A stretch of DNA of 64,000 bases from Paraspadella gotoi (GCA_051294375.1 CM119267.1:12719081-12783080); one strand, 5' to 3'. Counted from the first letter of the stretch, positions 1 to 12,962 are shown. The notes: generated from the sequence alone by a model not told the origin. Numbers and translations: made by a program.

Positions 1-545
1 AATGGATTTGGCTGACGGATGGTGGACGTGAGCGGTGTGAATATACCGCCACAGGAATCCCCGGGCCAAGAATCTAACTAGGTTCCTCAAGCCTGAGAGG
101 TGTCCTGACAAGACTGTTTACCATAGTGGGAGAGAGAGAGAGAGCGACGAGTTGTGGGGCATAGGCGTTTGTCGTAGCGTACCCCAGGGGCATAGGCGTT
201 TGTCGTAGCGTACCCGAAGTCGGCAGGGCATAGGCGTTTGTCGTAGCGTACCCTGGAAGAAGGTTGCGTGTTCGATAGTAGGGCTCACCACTTATGCAAC
301 AGCTGGGTTGCCTGTGATGCCCATTGGGATGGGGCATCTCACTGTTGGCTTTGGGGGCTTCCGACCCTCAGTGACGCCTCCAGTCACTGGCGCGGTTACC
401 CTAGGACGGTCTCGCTTTGCCAACGCAGAGGGAAGTCGTTAGGACTGTGGATGGAACACTACGCCTGGGATGGTGTGTTCCCCTCTGAGCCAATGGATTT
501 GGCTGACGGATGGTGGACGTGAGGCGGTGTGAATATACCGCCACA
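1..545 (-). mobile_element. TRIM-like miniature LTR element, family A (tRNA-like Pol III boxes in LTR); 3' LTR cut by window edge
   Basis: Bases 1-53 repeat at 492-545, and both copies start TGTGGCGG on the minus strand. The 5' LTR (about 295-545) has an A-box TGGCTCAGAGG (482-492) and a B-box-like GTTCCATCC (449-457). PBS TGGTGAGCCC at 281-290 lies just inside the LTR; internal region is 54-290. PPT is weak and the TSD cannot be checked. Confidence 0.65.
157..253. repeat. Three identical 28-bp repeats GGGCATAGGCGTTTGTCGTAGCGTACCC
   Basis: Exact copies at 157-184, 188-215 and 226-253, inside the family A internal region. Confidence 0.9.
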
Positions 546-1286
546 AAGTATTTATATCCTACAATCGGATCATCGACACGGGCTCGTTTCCGATGACATG
601 GCATGGTCCGTTTCGAAAATGATTAATCCAATCAGTCCTCGCGGATTTCATTCGTTTTCTATTTGGCCCGGAACGAGGATTCGGTTTTACCCGTCGATTC
701 CGTCGGACTAATGATTAGTACTACGTAGTTCAAATCTTATGTAGCCCACTTTTTCGCTCGTTAAGCAACGAAAAGTTGATCCCCCGGAACGCGGCTTTTT
801 TGGTTCGTTTTTTGGCGATTACTTTTGAACGCGTGGACCGATTTTAATGAAATTTTAAACTAAGAAACTTGAGGGAATTTGCTATCGATCGATACCAAAT
901 TTATTGAAAACGAGTCACGGGAAATAAAAGATAGTGTCTTGCTCATTTTCAGAATCGCCAGGAGCTCAGCTTCTTGAATCCATTTTGGGCTATTTTGAAG
1001 TTGATTTGAATGACTCTTTTTCTTAACCGATTAACGGTTAACTGTTAATCACCGATAAAAAATAATTTTAACTGATCGATTTGGTAATTTGGTAAAATTA
1101 ACCGGTTAATTTTAAAATTTATTAATTGAAATTTTTATTTGTTTTAAGTGTTATGGTTTTCCTTTGCAAGGCTTTTAACTATTTCTCAAAACTTTTTTCC
1201 CTAATTTCCCTATTAGATTATATATGTAAGTATTAAAAGTGAAAAATAATTTTTAATTTCACTATGAATTTATTTTAATTTTAAAA

Positions 1287-1326
1287 AAACATGTTTCGGC
1301 GAGGTTGTTAGCCTTCTTCAGTGCAA
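1287..1326 (-). ncRNA. Minimal hammerhead ribozyme motif (Penelope-type), degenerate stem I
   Basis: Minus strand reads CTGAAGA-a-GGC(taacaacctc)GCC-GAAA-CATGT-T. Confidence 0.5.
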
Positions 1327-1384
1327 ATTTGGTTTGTGAAATTTCCCAATATATGATAATGAGAGAGAGAGAAATAGAGCTCTT

Positions 1385-1590
1385 TGTAGTGGTACATAAT
1401 AACATGTATTGAAGAGACAGTAATAATGCATAACAGAGAGAGACGTTAATGATAAAAGGTTGTGAGAAGAGACTGACGAGAGAGAGAGAGCCAATGACCA
1501 AGTAAAGAGAGAGAGAAAGAGAGAGAGTGAGAGAGAGAGTGAGACTGGTCAGTAACCGGCTTCTCTCGCGACCCTACAACATAGTGACCA
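1385..1590 (+). mobile_element. Possible LTR remnant
   Basis: Inverted termini TGTAG (1385) and CTACA (1578), followed by TAGTGACC, which resembles a decayed TGGTGACC PBS. No TSD seen. Confidence 0.25.
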
Positions 1591-1699
1591 ACTAGGGTCA
1601 ACCCCGTGGTGGCGAAACCTTCGTCGCCATATCTTTCTTCTTATTATAATTTTACCATATTAAAAAAAAATAAACTATCAACTTAATATTTTCACCTTC

Positions 1700-1780
1700 A
1701 CTAACCCTAAACTACTCAACCATAACCTTAAGTACTACCAACTCAACCCTAACCCTAAACCACCTCAACCCGAACCCTAA
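1700..1780. repeat. Degenerate CCCTAA-like repeats inside an unclassified repeat
   Basis: ctaaccctaa / aaccctaaccctaa / aacccgaaccctaa; a similar tract occurs at 62520-62550. Confidence 0.5.
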
Positions 1781-2020
1781 TCTGAGTTTAATTTAGGCAA
1801 AATCGCCATAACTAGAACGCTAGATGTAGTTCACAGCTAAATCGCCAAATGGCGAGGATGTCACGGCGATTTGGCAATTTAAGCACTTGGCCACGAAAAC
1901 ACTTTTGTGTATAAGTGATTGGAACTTGTTCTTAATGAATTCCCTAACCTCCCGACGTCATTTTGTTTTTCATAATGTATCCAACAGCCATTGTCGGCAT
2001 TATTAATCCAAGATGGCCAC

Positions 2021-2193
2021 TAAGTTGTAGTAAAATTTCTAAATTTAACTTTAATTAGAATTCTAAAAGTGAGGACCGAACAACATTATACTAATGAACA
2101 TTTATGTATAAACAAAATTTATAATAAATTTTACAATTTATGCATGTTCATACAAAGTACTAATCCAATAAATTTTGAATGAACTACAACTTA
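2021..2193 (+). mobile_element. Short MITE related to the 25535-26144 element
   Basis: TIR TAAGTTGTAGT...ACTACAACTTA. The first ~120 bp closely match the left end of 25535-26144. No TSD seen. Confidence 0.6.
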
Positions 2194-2975
2194 GGTTTTA
2201 CATGAGAATTTTTTTTATAATAACAAATCACCAAACTGACTTTTTATCACCAAAAATTGGTATTTTTGTATCAGATAACTTTACAATTGTGACGATCAGC
2301 ATTAATATTTGTTAAATTGTTAAAAACTGTTAAAATTTGGACCAAAAAAATAAAGAAAAGTGACTCCGTGCTTGAGAGTCACTGTGATTATACTATTAGA
2401 AGAAATTTTAACATTTTTTTAGGTCAATAAAAACGTCAAGTAGTTTTCTAACTAATAAATATTATAAAAATAACAATCAGTAAAAGAATTACGAGTTTAA
2501 TCAAATCTTTCCGTATTGGTCCAGTTTGAAATTCCTGTAATGACGTCGATAACTCTCACGAAACGAACGTCAACTTTTTCACAATTATCAACCGAAAATA
2601 TAGAGATAAAAACATCGTCATGATAGACGTAAACAAACAGAAGACAAACATCTAAGATTATCTCCTAAACTCAGTAAAACTGTAAAAAAATCACCGCCTC
2701 CATCTTTTTCCTTCTCCTCCTCCTCCTCTACCTCCTCCTCCTCCTCCTCCTCCAAATAAGGAGCCCTTGTCATTAACCCCTCATTAGGTTCTATTCGGTA
2801 AATTCGTGTGTGTTTGGGGCGTTAGTAGAACCTCATCCAGCCCCCCGTTACTTTAAGCCTCACCTTATTTTTACTTGATTTATATCCATACACAGTTTTT
2901 TAATTTTCTTAAATTTTTATCTGTTAAAAACGAGAAAACTAATTTTCAAACTGTGGTTCTTGATTTCAAGTCGCT

Positions 2976-3862
2976 GTCGAGCTCGGTGACATCCTGAGAG
3001 ATATTAGCGAAAACATAAAAAACTAAAAGTATTTTTTCCCTTATTGTTGTTTATTAATGTTGTAAAATCATTTTCTTAATCCCCCCTCCCCCAAGCCCAA
3101 CAAACTTTTTTACGTCCAATGTTTACCAACTTCTCTCAAGGATCTGGTCATTGTAGAAGATCCGCTGCGCTAAGAAAATGCTTCAATCCTTTTACCCTCA
3201 CTTTTCTTTTTTTTTTTCTCTCCTTCGTTTTACTTTTCTTTATTTTTTAGTCGAGCTCGGTGACATCCTGAGAGATATTAGCGAAAACTAAAACTAAAAG
3301 TATTTTTCCCTTATTGTTGTTTATTAATGTTGTAAAAATCACATGAGCTATAAAAAATTTATTAAATTTATAAATCATTTTCTTAATTCCCCTCCCCCCA
3401 AGCCCAACGAACTTTTTTACGTCCAATGTTTACCAACTTCTCTCAAGGATCTGGTCATTGTAGAAGATCCGCTGCGCTAAGAAAATGCTTCAATCCTTTT
3501 ACCCTCACTTTTCTTTTTTTTCTCTCCTTCGTTTTACTTTTCTTTATTTTTTAGTCGAGCTCGGTGACATCCTGAGAGATATTAGCGAAAACTAAAACAA
3601 AAAGTATTTTTCCCTTATTGTTGTTTATTAATGTTGTAAAAATCACATGAGCTATAAAAAATTTATTAAATTTATAAAAAATCATTTTCTTAATCCCCCC
3701 TCCCCCAAGCCCAACAAACTTTTTTTACGTCCAATGTTTACACAACTTCTCTCAAGGATCTGGTCATTGTAGAAGATCCGCTGCGCTAAGAAAATGCTTC
3801 AATCCTTTTACCCTCACTTTTCTTTTTTCCTCTCACTTCGTTTTACTTTTCTTTATTTTTTA
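2976..3862. repeat. Tandem triplication of a ~275-310 bp unit
   Basis: GTCGAGCTCGGTGACATCCTGAGAG starts near-identical units at 2976, 3250 and 3554. Confidence 0.9.
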
Positions 3863-5768
3863 GTCGGATCTGCTTATAAGCTTATAAGCTTATAAGCAGA
3901 TCCCGACTCAATAATACACTTTGTCGGTCCGTCGGTCCGCCCCCTCAATATTGTCGGGCAATCACATATATCATGTCAGAATATCGAATTATGATAAATT
4001 ATGCAAAAAAAAAACGATGTCCATCCGTCCGTCTGTTTATATTAAATGTAAATATAAGATGTATTAATTAATCCAAAAATTAATCAGTTCATTAATCAAT
4101 TAGTTAATTAATTAATCAATAATTAATTAATCAGTCAATTAATCAATCAATTAATTAATAAATCAATCATTTATTTCTCTATTAATTAATTATTAAATCA
4201 ATCAATCAATCAAGTCAATCGTTATCGGCATTATTGTCGTCGTCGCCATCAAGACCTAAAAACAAACATTTTGGATCAAATTAATTTACAGGGTAGTGAA
4301 TCATTCATCGACATTTGTTGAATTTGCTCTGCGCCGGTTTAGAGCTTAAAACCACTATTAATTATGATAAGGTTCCCAAGCAGTATGTTATATTATTAAG
4401 AAGGTTATTAAGAATAGGAATAACTACTATTCTTAGTCGGGAAAACATGCGCTCAAGCCCGAGTCGATTAGGGCCATTTATAAGGAGGCTGCAGGTAGCA
4501 ATTGTAGCATACCCAAAACCAACAATATGCACGCTAGTTGCTCATTTCTATGCTAAAAAAAAATTTTAAAGAGAGCAAATGAAGAACTCCATTTAGAAAT
4601 ATTTACTGGGACATCTTATCTCTACTATCCTATGGCCATTTAACTGCCGCAGTTTACCAATACTTATTTTAACCTTAATTAATAAATGCAATTTTGAGAT
4701 GCTGTAAAAATTTCTTTTTTTTCTTAAGTTCATACTGTAGTGGCTACTCTGGTCGAGTGCCATCTCTCTGAGCTTATGAAATCAATAACTGATGTAGTTG
4801 GGACTCTCTGTATAAAATATCAAGTACATTACTTAATGCAATCTACTGCAGCATCAGATGAAAGATAAATACTTCCTTATATTTTTGCTATTGGTCAAAA
4901 ATCCATTGCTGCAGTCTACTGTAATGTTCTCAGATTCCATTTCTTGACATGTATAAAGAGCCAATACTCTTGGGGTTATTATGCATGGCTGTAACAAAGG
5001 GCATTGTTATATACAGCCGAAAAAAATAAAGATTTCAGCTGCAGCAACATTTTAATTTTTGACCGAATGATTTTCTGGCCTGATAATATCCACATCTAAT
5101 TCCCCGAAACTGTGCTAAGTAGGGCGTTTTAAAGGGGGAGACCCATATGACTTTCAATCAAAATATCAATGGCATAAGGTAAACTGTCTACGAGCTGTGG
5201 CTCAATCTTTCAGAATCGTTTATGAAGAGCAGCTGTGATCCTTTTAGGTGCTGTGGCAGGAGTGGTTTTTGTAGTAATGCTTGTCGCACTGCTTTAATAG
5301 TTAGAACAAGGTCTGGTTAAGTATCTTCAATTAAATTTTTTTCTTTAAATGCACCCGATACGACACAAAATAAAAAAGGATGACGAGATACGGATTTTCT
5401 AAGTTTTGAATCACTACCCTGTATTTATTAATTACCACTAATGATCGTGCGAGTGGAAATTAGTTTACCAATTGACCATTTGACCAATTCTTGCCAGTTG
5501 ACCAAATTATGTCAGTTGACCAAATTACATCACTTGACCAAATTCCATCAGTTGACCATATTATACCAATTGACCAAATTATGCCTGTTGACTTAATTAT
5601 GCCAGATGACCAAATTAAGTCAATTGACCAAATTGTGCTATTTGATTTAATTATGCAAGTTGATTAATCGAAAATTGAGAGTCAGAAAAATTACCATGAT
5701 TTATCATCGAAATAGCTTATTACCGCTTAATTATCGTAGGCAGATCCGACATTGTTTGCTCAAACTTG
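3862..5768 (+). mobile_element. DINE-1/Helentron-like non-autonomous element (HINE) with a nested insertion
   Basis: 5' hairpin AGTCGGATCTGC..GCAGATCCCGACT, GTCC microsatellite, and 18-bp array at about 5465-5665. The 3' end has subTIR GCAGATCCGAC plus a TTGTTTGCTCAAACTTG hairpin. T-rich flanks. Confidence 0.75.
4289..5421. mobile_element. TA-flanked TIR element (Tc1/mariner-type ends) containing a decayed transposase-like fragment
   Basis: TA|CAGGGTAGTGAATCA ... TGAATCACTACCCTG|TA. It interrupts the HINE. Minus-strand motif remnants GLPL, QFxGI, RVLALY and ERC. Confidence 0.65.
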
Positions 5769-5986
5769 TTTTTTTTTAGCCAACTTCTTATTCTCAGTTT
5801 CTCCTACTCCTCTTCATCCTTTATTCATCTCTCTCTTCTTTATCTTCTTTACTCCGGTTCTGGGTTTTTTTTACTTTCTTTATTCCTAAGATTTTTAATT
5901 TTTGATATTTCTCTTTCTTTCCTTTTCGCTCTTCTTATTTGTCGTCTTCCGTTTTCAGGGATTTCTTTTTTTGATTCGCTGTTTTA

Positions 5987-6049
<63 letters not shown>

Positions 6050-6485
6050 CTCCCCCTCGTTTTTCACATCCCTCCTCCCCTCGTTCACAGACGCCCAGTC
6101 TTCCCGAGCAATTCCTCTCATTGGCGCTGGCATTGCATTTGGCCCGGGGTGACCCTCTGCTATTAGCGTGGCGCGCGCGTCGGCGACCGCGGACTGTGTC
6201 TCACTTGGGCGGGAAAACCTCTTCGACTGTGGACCATCTCGATTGTGCGGCGTGAAAAATAACGCCGAAAACTCTCGATCACAGCTTAAAATTACGTACA
6301 TATTTTGAGAATCTATTTCGCCGACCTATTTTATTGTATTTTATATTTTGAAATGTATGTGTTTCGACACAGGATTACTTTCGTAGAAAACCCTACTTTC
6401 CTTTAGAATTCTGAGGTGAGTTTCTCTTTCTTTTCTCAGAATGACCCTCGGCTATTAGCGTGGCGCGAACTTCCGGTTGGCCCTC

Positions 6486-6586
<101 letters not shown>

Positions 6587-6823
6587 CGGCGCCGCCCACT
6601 TGTCCGTTTCGCCGGCTAGAATCGATGGTGCTGAGGGTCGATGGGGCGACGTATGGGTTCTGTTGTGGGCGAAAGGAGGTCGGGTTGTGGACTGAGAGAA
6701 GGTTGGGTTGTGGGACGAGAATGACCATGTTGTGGGAGAAGTCAAGGTGAGGTTGAAGGACGATGGTAAAATTTTTGATTAAATTATTGTGAAGGTGAAG
6801 TTGAAGGTAATTTTCTTTACATA

Positions 6824-7568
6824 CTACCCTGTGTCCGTTCACGAGTATCACCGAAAAAATATTTACTATACTTTCAATATTTAATAAACATAATTCATAA
6901 GTAAATCATTAGTTGGAGAACTACTTGACGTTTTTTATGTATAAGTTTCATTTCGTTTTTAATTCATTTACTATTCTATGTTTAATTTTTTATCTAACAC
7001 AGTAAAATTGGCAAAAATAGACCATTTTAGGCGTGTTCTTGATTGAATTTTACAAATATTTTATATCATAAGAAATTCCTATTAATGGTCTAATCAATGG
7101 TGTATCTTAATTATCGTAATGTTGAGTAATTGAGTAGTTGAGTAATTGAGTAATTGAGTAGTTGAGTAATTTTTGAGTAATGATTTTTTATTTATTTTTT
7201 AATTGTAAATCATGACTTAAGTTTTCTTTATACAGTTCTTCTAATTAAAAAAAATACTGTCCTGAGCATGTTCTTGACTGTTTTGAATTATTATTTTATA
7301 TCGTTAGGATTCCCAGATAATTCTTAATTTAATGGTGTAAATGAAATTTAATAATTTTAAGTATTTAATAAGTAATTAATTTATAATGATTTTCTTTTTT
7401 AAAAAAGTTGTTTTACCGAAGTAATTATCAAATTAATCTTATGAAATTAAAATATAATAAACGTCAAGTACTTACTACAGAAACAAGAAAAAAAAAATTA
7501 AAAATATTTAACCAATGAGAAATGGTACGCATTTTTTTCGGTGTCACTCACGAACGGACACGGGGTAG
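6824..7568. mobile_element. MITE, Tc1/mariner-type (TA TSD)
   Basis: TA|CTACCCTGTGTCCGTTC..CACCGAAAAAA and TTTTTTCGGTG..GAACGGACACGGGGTAG|TA form an imperfect TIR of ~35 bp around an AT-rich non-coding interior. Confidence 0.8.
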
Positions 7569-7756
7569 TATTTCATGATTTGATTCGGTATAATTTTCTT
7601 TTCGTTGCGTTTTAAATGGAAGCCTATTACTTTAAGGAGATCGAGCAAAATTGAATCTTGTAACAACCATATCCACATTTGTCCACAGTGATCAGAAGAA
7701 AGTCGGGGTCAAGGACTGGCGTCAGAGCTTTTAGCAGGATTGCGACACACTGGAGT

Positions 7757-7817
<61 letters not shown>

Positions 7818-8186
7818 CTTAAGTTGCGGGGACTTGACGGTTTATCGCTCCGCCTGTCGGGATTGTGAGTGGAGCTCGAATCGCCGTCTGAGTTAGTGAA
7901 TGAAGCGTGCGGAAGGAGACTGAAAATGGTGAGGCCTCGGGTAAGGGGAAGGGAGAGTAGAGCGGGTGAGTAAAGGTCGCGAAGATGAAAAGTAAATCAT
8001 CAAGGTGAAAGTTCCGCTTGAAGGATGATGGGTGAGATTAAAGCGTGGACGAAGAGTTGAGAAAAGAGGAGAATTAAAGGATGAAAGAAACGTTGACGTG
8101 TAGTTCATAAGATAGAGACAAAAGTTGATAAAAAGAAATAACTTTGAAAAATGTCGTGAGAAGATTGGAAAGACCTCCTTATAATA

Positions 8187-8973
8187 CAGTCCTGTGCAAA
8201 AAAAAAAAAGGATACCCAAAACATTATGAAAATAAATCAAGTTAGATTCTTTTAAAATAAAATATATTATAAGTGAATAATATTTATAGATAAAGAACTA
8301 TTGGTATAAATTTGTTTAATCCATGGCTATTCGTTATGAAGCAATGATTTTTTAAAAGCAATTACTCTGTTACAACTACGAAAAAATCAAACAGAATGTT
8401 AGAGCCAAAAAAAATTCAAGTATTTTTAACCTCTTGTGTTTAAGGTGTAGCTCTGGAATGACTCGACCAATTTTTTTTTAAGTTATACATATGATTTTCT
8501 CTGTCAAAAATCTTTATTTCATATTCATAATAAAAAATATAATGCCCATAAATTGAGGCAGATCTTCAAATTTTTTTTTTTCTGAAATAAAAAAAATAAT
8601 TTTACAGTTAACACAATAAAAAGTTAAAATAAAAAAACAATAAAAAAATCATTTGACTATTCAAAAGATAAATAAGCATTGAGCAAAACTAATAGCACTA
8701 ATAGCACTAAAAATAAAATAATAATTCATAAAGTTTAACAATTAAAGATCAATCACGGATACTGTAAATTGGATAAGTATAATTTTTGAAGCGACTCAAA
8801 TGACGAATTTTTTTGGACTACTTATCTTTCAGGTGCTTGAATGCTTGGACCTATTTTTTTTAAACTAATATATATAGATTTTCTATTTTAAAATCTACAT
8901 TTATCATTCATATTTTTTTATAAAATGAGAGCTATTTAATGTTTGAAGAGTCCTTTTTTTTTGCACAGGACTG
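8187..8973. mobile_element. MITE, Tc1-like (TA TSD)
   Basis: TA|CAGTCCTGTGCAAAAAAA ... TTTTTTGCACAGGACTG|TA; CAGT terminus typical of Tc1. Confidence 0.85.
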
Positions 8974-9712
8974 TAGTAGTTAAAAGATTTCATTTTGGGC
9001 AGGTTTTCGGTATTAATATGAGTGTTATTTTATTTGATGAGAAATGAAGAAAGGCTTTACAATTTTGTGCCAGAAAAAAAATTATTAAACTTTTTTCATT
9101 ATTTGCTAATGGCAAGAAAGGACCAAATAAACAAATTATACTGATAGATTGTATTCTTTTGAGCGATTAGTGGTTGGACGGAAAGTGAAACCCGAGAATG
9201 CGAATGCGAAAAAGGGGAGAAAAACGAGTTCGGTTGAGTTGACTTTCGATGGAATTCGACCGGAAGTGGAACTTGGAACCGCAAGAAAAATGGGGATGGA
9301 ATAAGGGGGGTCAAAAGGTTGAAAAGGGGAACTGGAAAAAAAAGAGAAGATATGGAATCGGTTGAGAGGGAGGGAACTGGAAGAAAGAGAAGTTATGAAA
9401 TCTGTTTGGAGGGTGGGAACAGGAAGAAAGAAATGATATGGAATTGGTTGGTGGGAGGGAACTGGAAGAAAGAGAAATAAGGAATCGGTTAGGGCGAGAG
9501 AACTGGAAGAAAGAGAAGATATGAAATTGGTTTGTGAGGCTGTAAAAGAGTTGTAAGCCGAGAAAAGAGAGTTTGTAGAATGTAGAATGAAAATGAAAAA
9601 GGTTTTCAAGAACGAGAGATCAGGTTTTTTTTCTTTTTTAGGTGGTTAAACATCGGGTCCCCATGGTCTCTGGAATGACGTCCTTTCAATCTGAGAATCA
9701 AATGAGGCAGAA

Positions 9713-9847
<135 letters not shown>

Positions 9848-10389
9848 CGGTACTAGACCAATGCCAACTGTAACAACCAAGAACATCTTAATATCATTAT
9901 TCTTATAAAATTCATAAATAAATTCCTATAATAGACTAGTTCTAAAATGCGACATCATTTTTTTCAAAACAATTATCTTTACAATTGTAATTAAATATCG
10001 GCTGATTACTATTATAATTATAAAAGCTCTAACGAGCAGACCCAGCGGCTGCGCGAGGGAAAAGATCGTTCTCTTGTTTTCTCTTGATGAGTTCAATCGC
10101 ATCGACCATCAAAGATGATCAATCGTCGGCCTTATCACGCTCAACCGTCGTCGTCGTCGTCGTCGTTGTCGTCGTCGTCGGCGTGTCGTCGTCATCGTCG
10201 CCGTCGAGTGGGTCCAACGTTTGCCTGCGTCTGGCAAGTGACAATAAAGTCGTCGATAACTTATGGTAATCTTTTCGACGATTCCTGCGTTCATCACTCA
10301 CCTGCGAGGAAGGGGCATCGGTAACAAATCACCGTCTCGAGTCGGCGGATGGTAATCACTTGTCCTGGTGGTAAAATAAGCGAGTGAAT

Positions 10390-10570
10390 AATCTTAACAC
10401 GCGCTGAACAGAGGTTAAAGAGCTTTTTTGGATACCCACACAAAAGGACTATTTTAAGAAATTTATCAAAACATGCAAATCTTGTAGATGGTGAAGATAA
10501 TTGTGGAGGGTAAGTGATAAACACAAGATCGCCAGCAGCGGTCTGATAAAGAATTATATGTACCGGACAT
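10390..10570 (-). pseudogene. Possible Penelope-like RT C-terminal remnant
   Basis: Minus-strand peptides YNSLSDRCWRSC and FLKIVLLCGYPKKLFN, in different frames, resemble the PLE motifs L.DRA.RICS and LK.IL..NGYP..FI. Confidence 0.3.
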
Positions 10571-10829
10571 ACCGATGAACGGACGTAGCGACGGCACCGT
10601 CGGACCCTATAGTACGAAGGCCGATTGCTCGCTAATCATTCTCCCATGTCGCTGACGCATGGTAATTCTTTGCGGTTGATCAAGACGGGGAGGTGACTGG
10701 TGAAAAAATGCAAGAAGGAAAGGGAAGGGAAAAAAATGACCTAACCCATTCAAGAGCCGGTGGAAGAAGGTATCTACTAACTAGGAAAATGGCAGGAAGG
10801 TGGAACGAGACGGACAGCAGTTAAGGAAA

Positions 10830-11885
10830 CCTGAAAGAAAGAGAAAAAGATGAGAGAAAGAAATCGAAGCTTTGGAGGAATCTAAATCGTAGGAAAAAAA
10901 AGAAAATAGATAGGAAAGGAAAAAAGAAAAGAAAAGAGAAAATGGGAAGAAAGGGGAAGGAAATAAAAAAAGAGCAAAATGAGGAAAACCATGGGGAATA
11001 TGAGGAGAAAAGAATTGAAAGAGGGAGGGGAGGAAAGGAAGACAGGAGGTGGTAAGGGAGGAAAGGGACGAAAAAGAAGGCAGAAGAAGGAAAGGAATGC
11101 ATGAGGATCAAAGTAATGGGAGGAGGAAAGGAAGGCATGATAATAAAGTGTAAAATCAAGAGGAAAGGCAGGCAAAAGAAGGAAAGGANNNNNNNNNNNN
11201 NNNNNNNNNNNNNAGGCAAAGAGGAAGGAAGGCAAAAGAAGCAAAAGAAGGAAGGAAGGCAAAAGAAGGAAAGGAAGGCAAAAAAAAGAAAAGAAGGCAA
11301 AAGAAGGAAAGGAAGGCAAAAGAAAGGAAAGGAAGGAACAAAAGAAGAAAGGAAGGCAAAAGAAGGAAGGGAAGGCAAAAGAAAAAGGGAAGGCAAAAGA
11401 AGGAAAGGAAGGCAAAAGAAGGAAAGAAGGCAAAAGAAGGAAAGAAGGCAAAAGAAGGAAAGGAAGGCAAAAGAAGAAAGAAGGCAAAGAAGGAAAGGAA
11501 GGCAAAAGAGGAAAGAAGGCAAAAGAAGGCAAAAGAAGGAAAGGAAGCAAAAGAAGGAAAGGAAGGCAAAAGAATGAAAAGAAGGCAAAAGAAGGAAAGG
11601 AAGGCAAAGAAGAAAAAGGCAAAAGAAGGAAGGAGGCAAAAGAAGGAAAAGAAGGCAAAAGAAGGAAAGGAAGGCAAAAGAAGGAAAAGAAGGCAAAAGA
11701 AGGAAGGAAGGCAAAAAGGAAAAGAAGGCAAAAGAAGGAAAAGAAGGCAAAAGAAGGAAAGGAAGGCAAAGAAGGAAAGGAAGGCAAAAGAAAGGAAAAG
11801 AAGGACAAAAGAAGGAAAGGAAGGCAAAGAAGGAAAGGAAGGACAGAAGGAAAGGAAAGGAGGCGAGGAAAGGAGGAAGGAGAAC
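10830..11885. repeat. Purine-rich low-complexity satellite (AAGG/AAGGCAAAAG), contains a 25-N gap
   Basis: Top strand is almost entirely A/G; this accounts for the K/R/E and F/L/S ORFs. Confidence 0.9.
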
Positions 11886-12008
11886 AGAACGGGACTCACA
11901 GCAGGATTCGAAATCAAGAACCGGAAGATCGTAACTCATCGGAGAAACTCGACATCTCACATGAAAACCAATCAAGCACGCGCTAAAAACCTTGATTATG
12001 GCGCGACA

Positions 12009-12074
<66 letters not shown>

Positions 12075-12588
12075 AGAGAGAGGATGAAAATGAAAGAGCG
12101 TTTAGAGAAGATAGAAAAGAATGGAGATGGAATGAAACGCTCTATCTTCCTTTGTTGGCGTTTCAATTTTTGGGGGGGCGGGTGTTAAATATTGGTGCGT
12201 TATCTATCGGATGACGGCAAAGGCAAATGCGACGGACAACAATACATGACCAACGGCTGGAATGCTACAAACGTATGAATTTATTAAAGTGAAAACATTT
12301 CACTGATGGCTGATAACGGCGCCAACGACGATAATAAAAACGAACGTGAGGACGACGACGACAAAAGAAGGAAAAGAAGGCAAAAGAAGGAAAGGAAGGC
12401 AGAAGAAGGAAAGGAAGGCAAAAGAAGGAAAGGAAGGCCGGAGGGAAAGGAGGAAGGAGAACAGAACGGGACTCAACCAGCAGGAATTCGAAATCAAGAA
12501 CCCGGAAGATCGTAACTCATCCGGAGAAACTCGACATCCACATGAAAACCAAATCAAGCACGCGCTAAAACCTTGATTATGCGCGACA

Positions 12589-12687
<99 letters not shown>

Positions 12688-12962
12688 GAAATGAAAAAAG
12701 AGCGTTTAGGAGAAGATAGAAAAGAATGGAGATGGAATGAAACGCTCTATCTTCCTTTGTTGCGTTTCAATTTTTTTTGGGGGGCGGGGTGTTAAAATAT
12801 TGGTGCGTTATCTATCGGATGACGGCAAAGGCAAATGCGACGGGACCAACAATACATGACCAACGGCTGGAATGCTACAAACGGTATGAATTTATTAAAA
12901 GTGAAAACATTTCACTGATGGCTGATAACGGCGCCAACGACGATAATAAAAACGAACGTGAG

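Noticed and set aside
10821-12188. Long F/L/S and K/R/E ORFs
   Set aside because: Artefacts of the purine-rich satellite.
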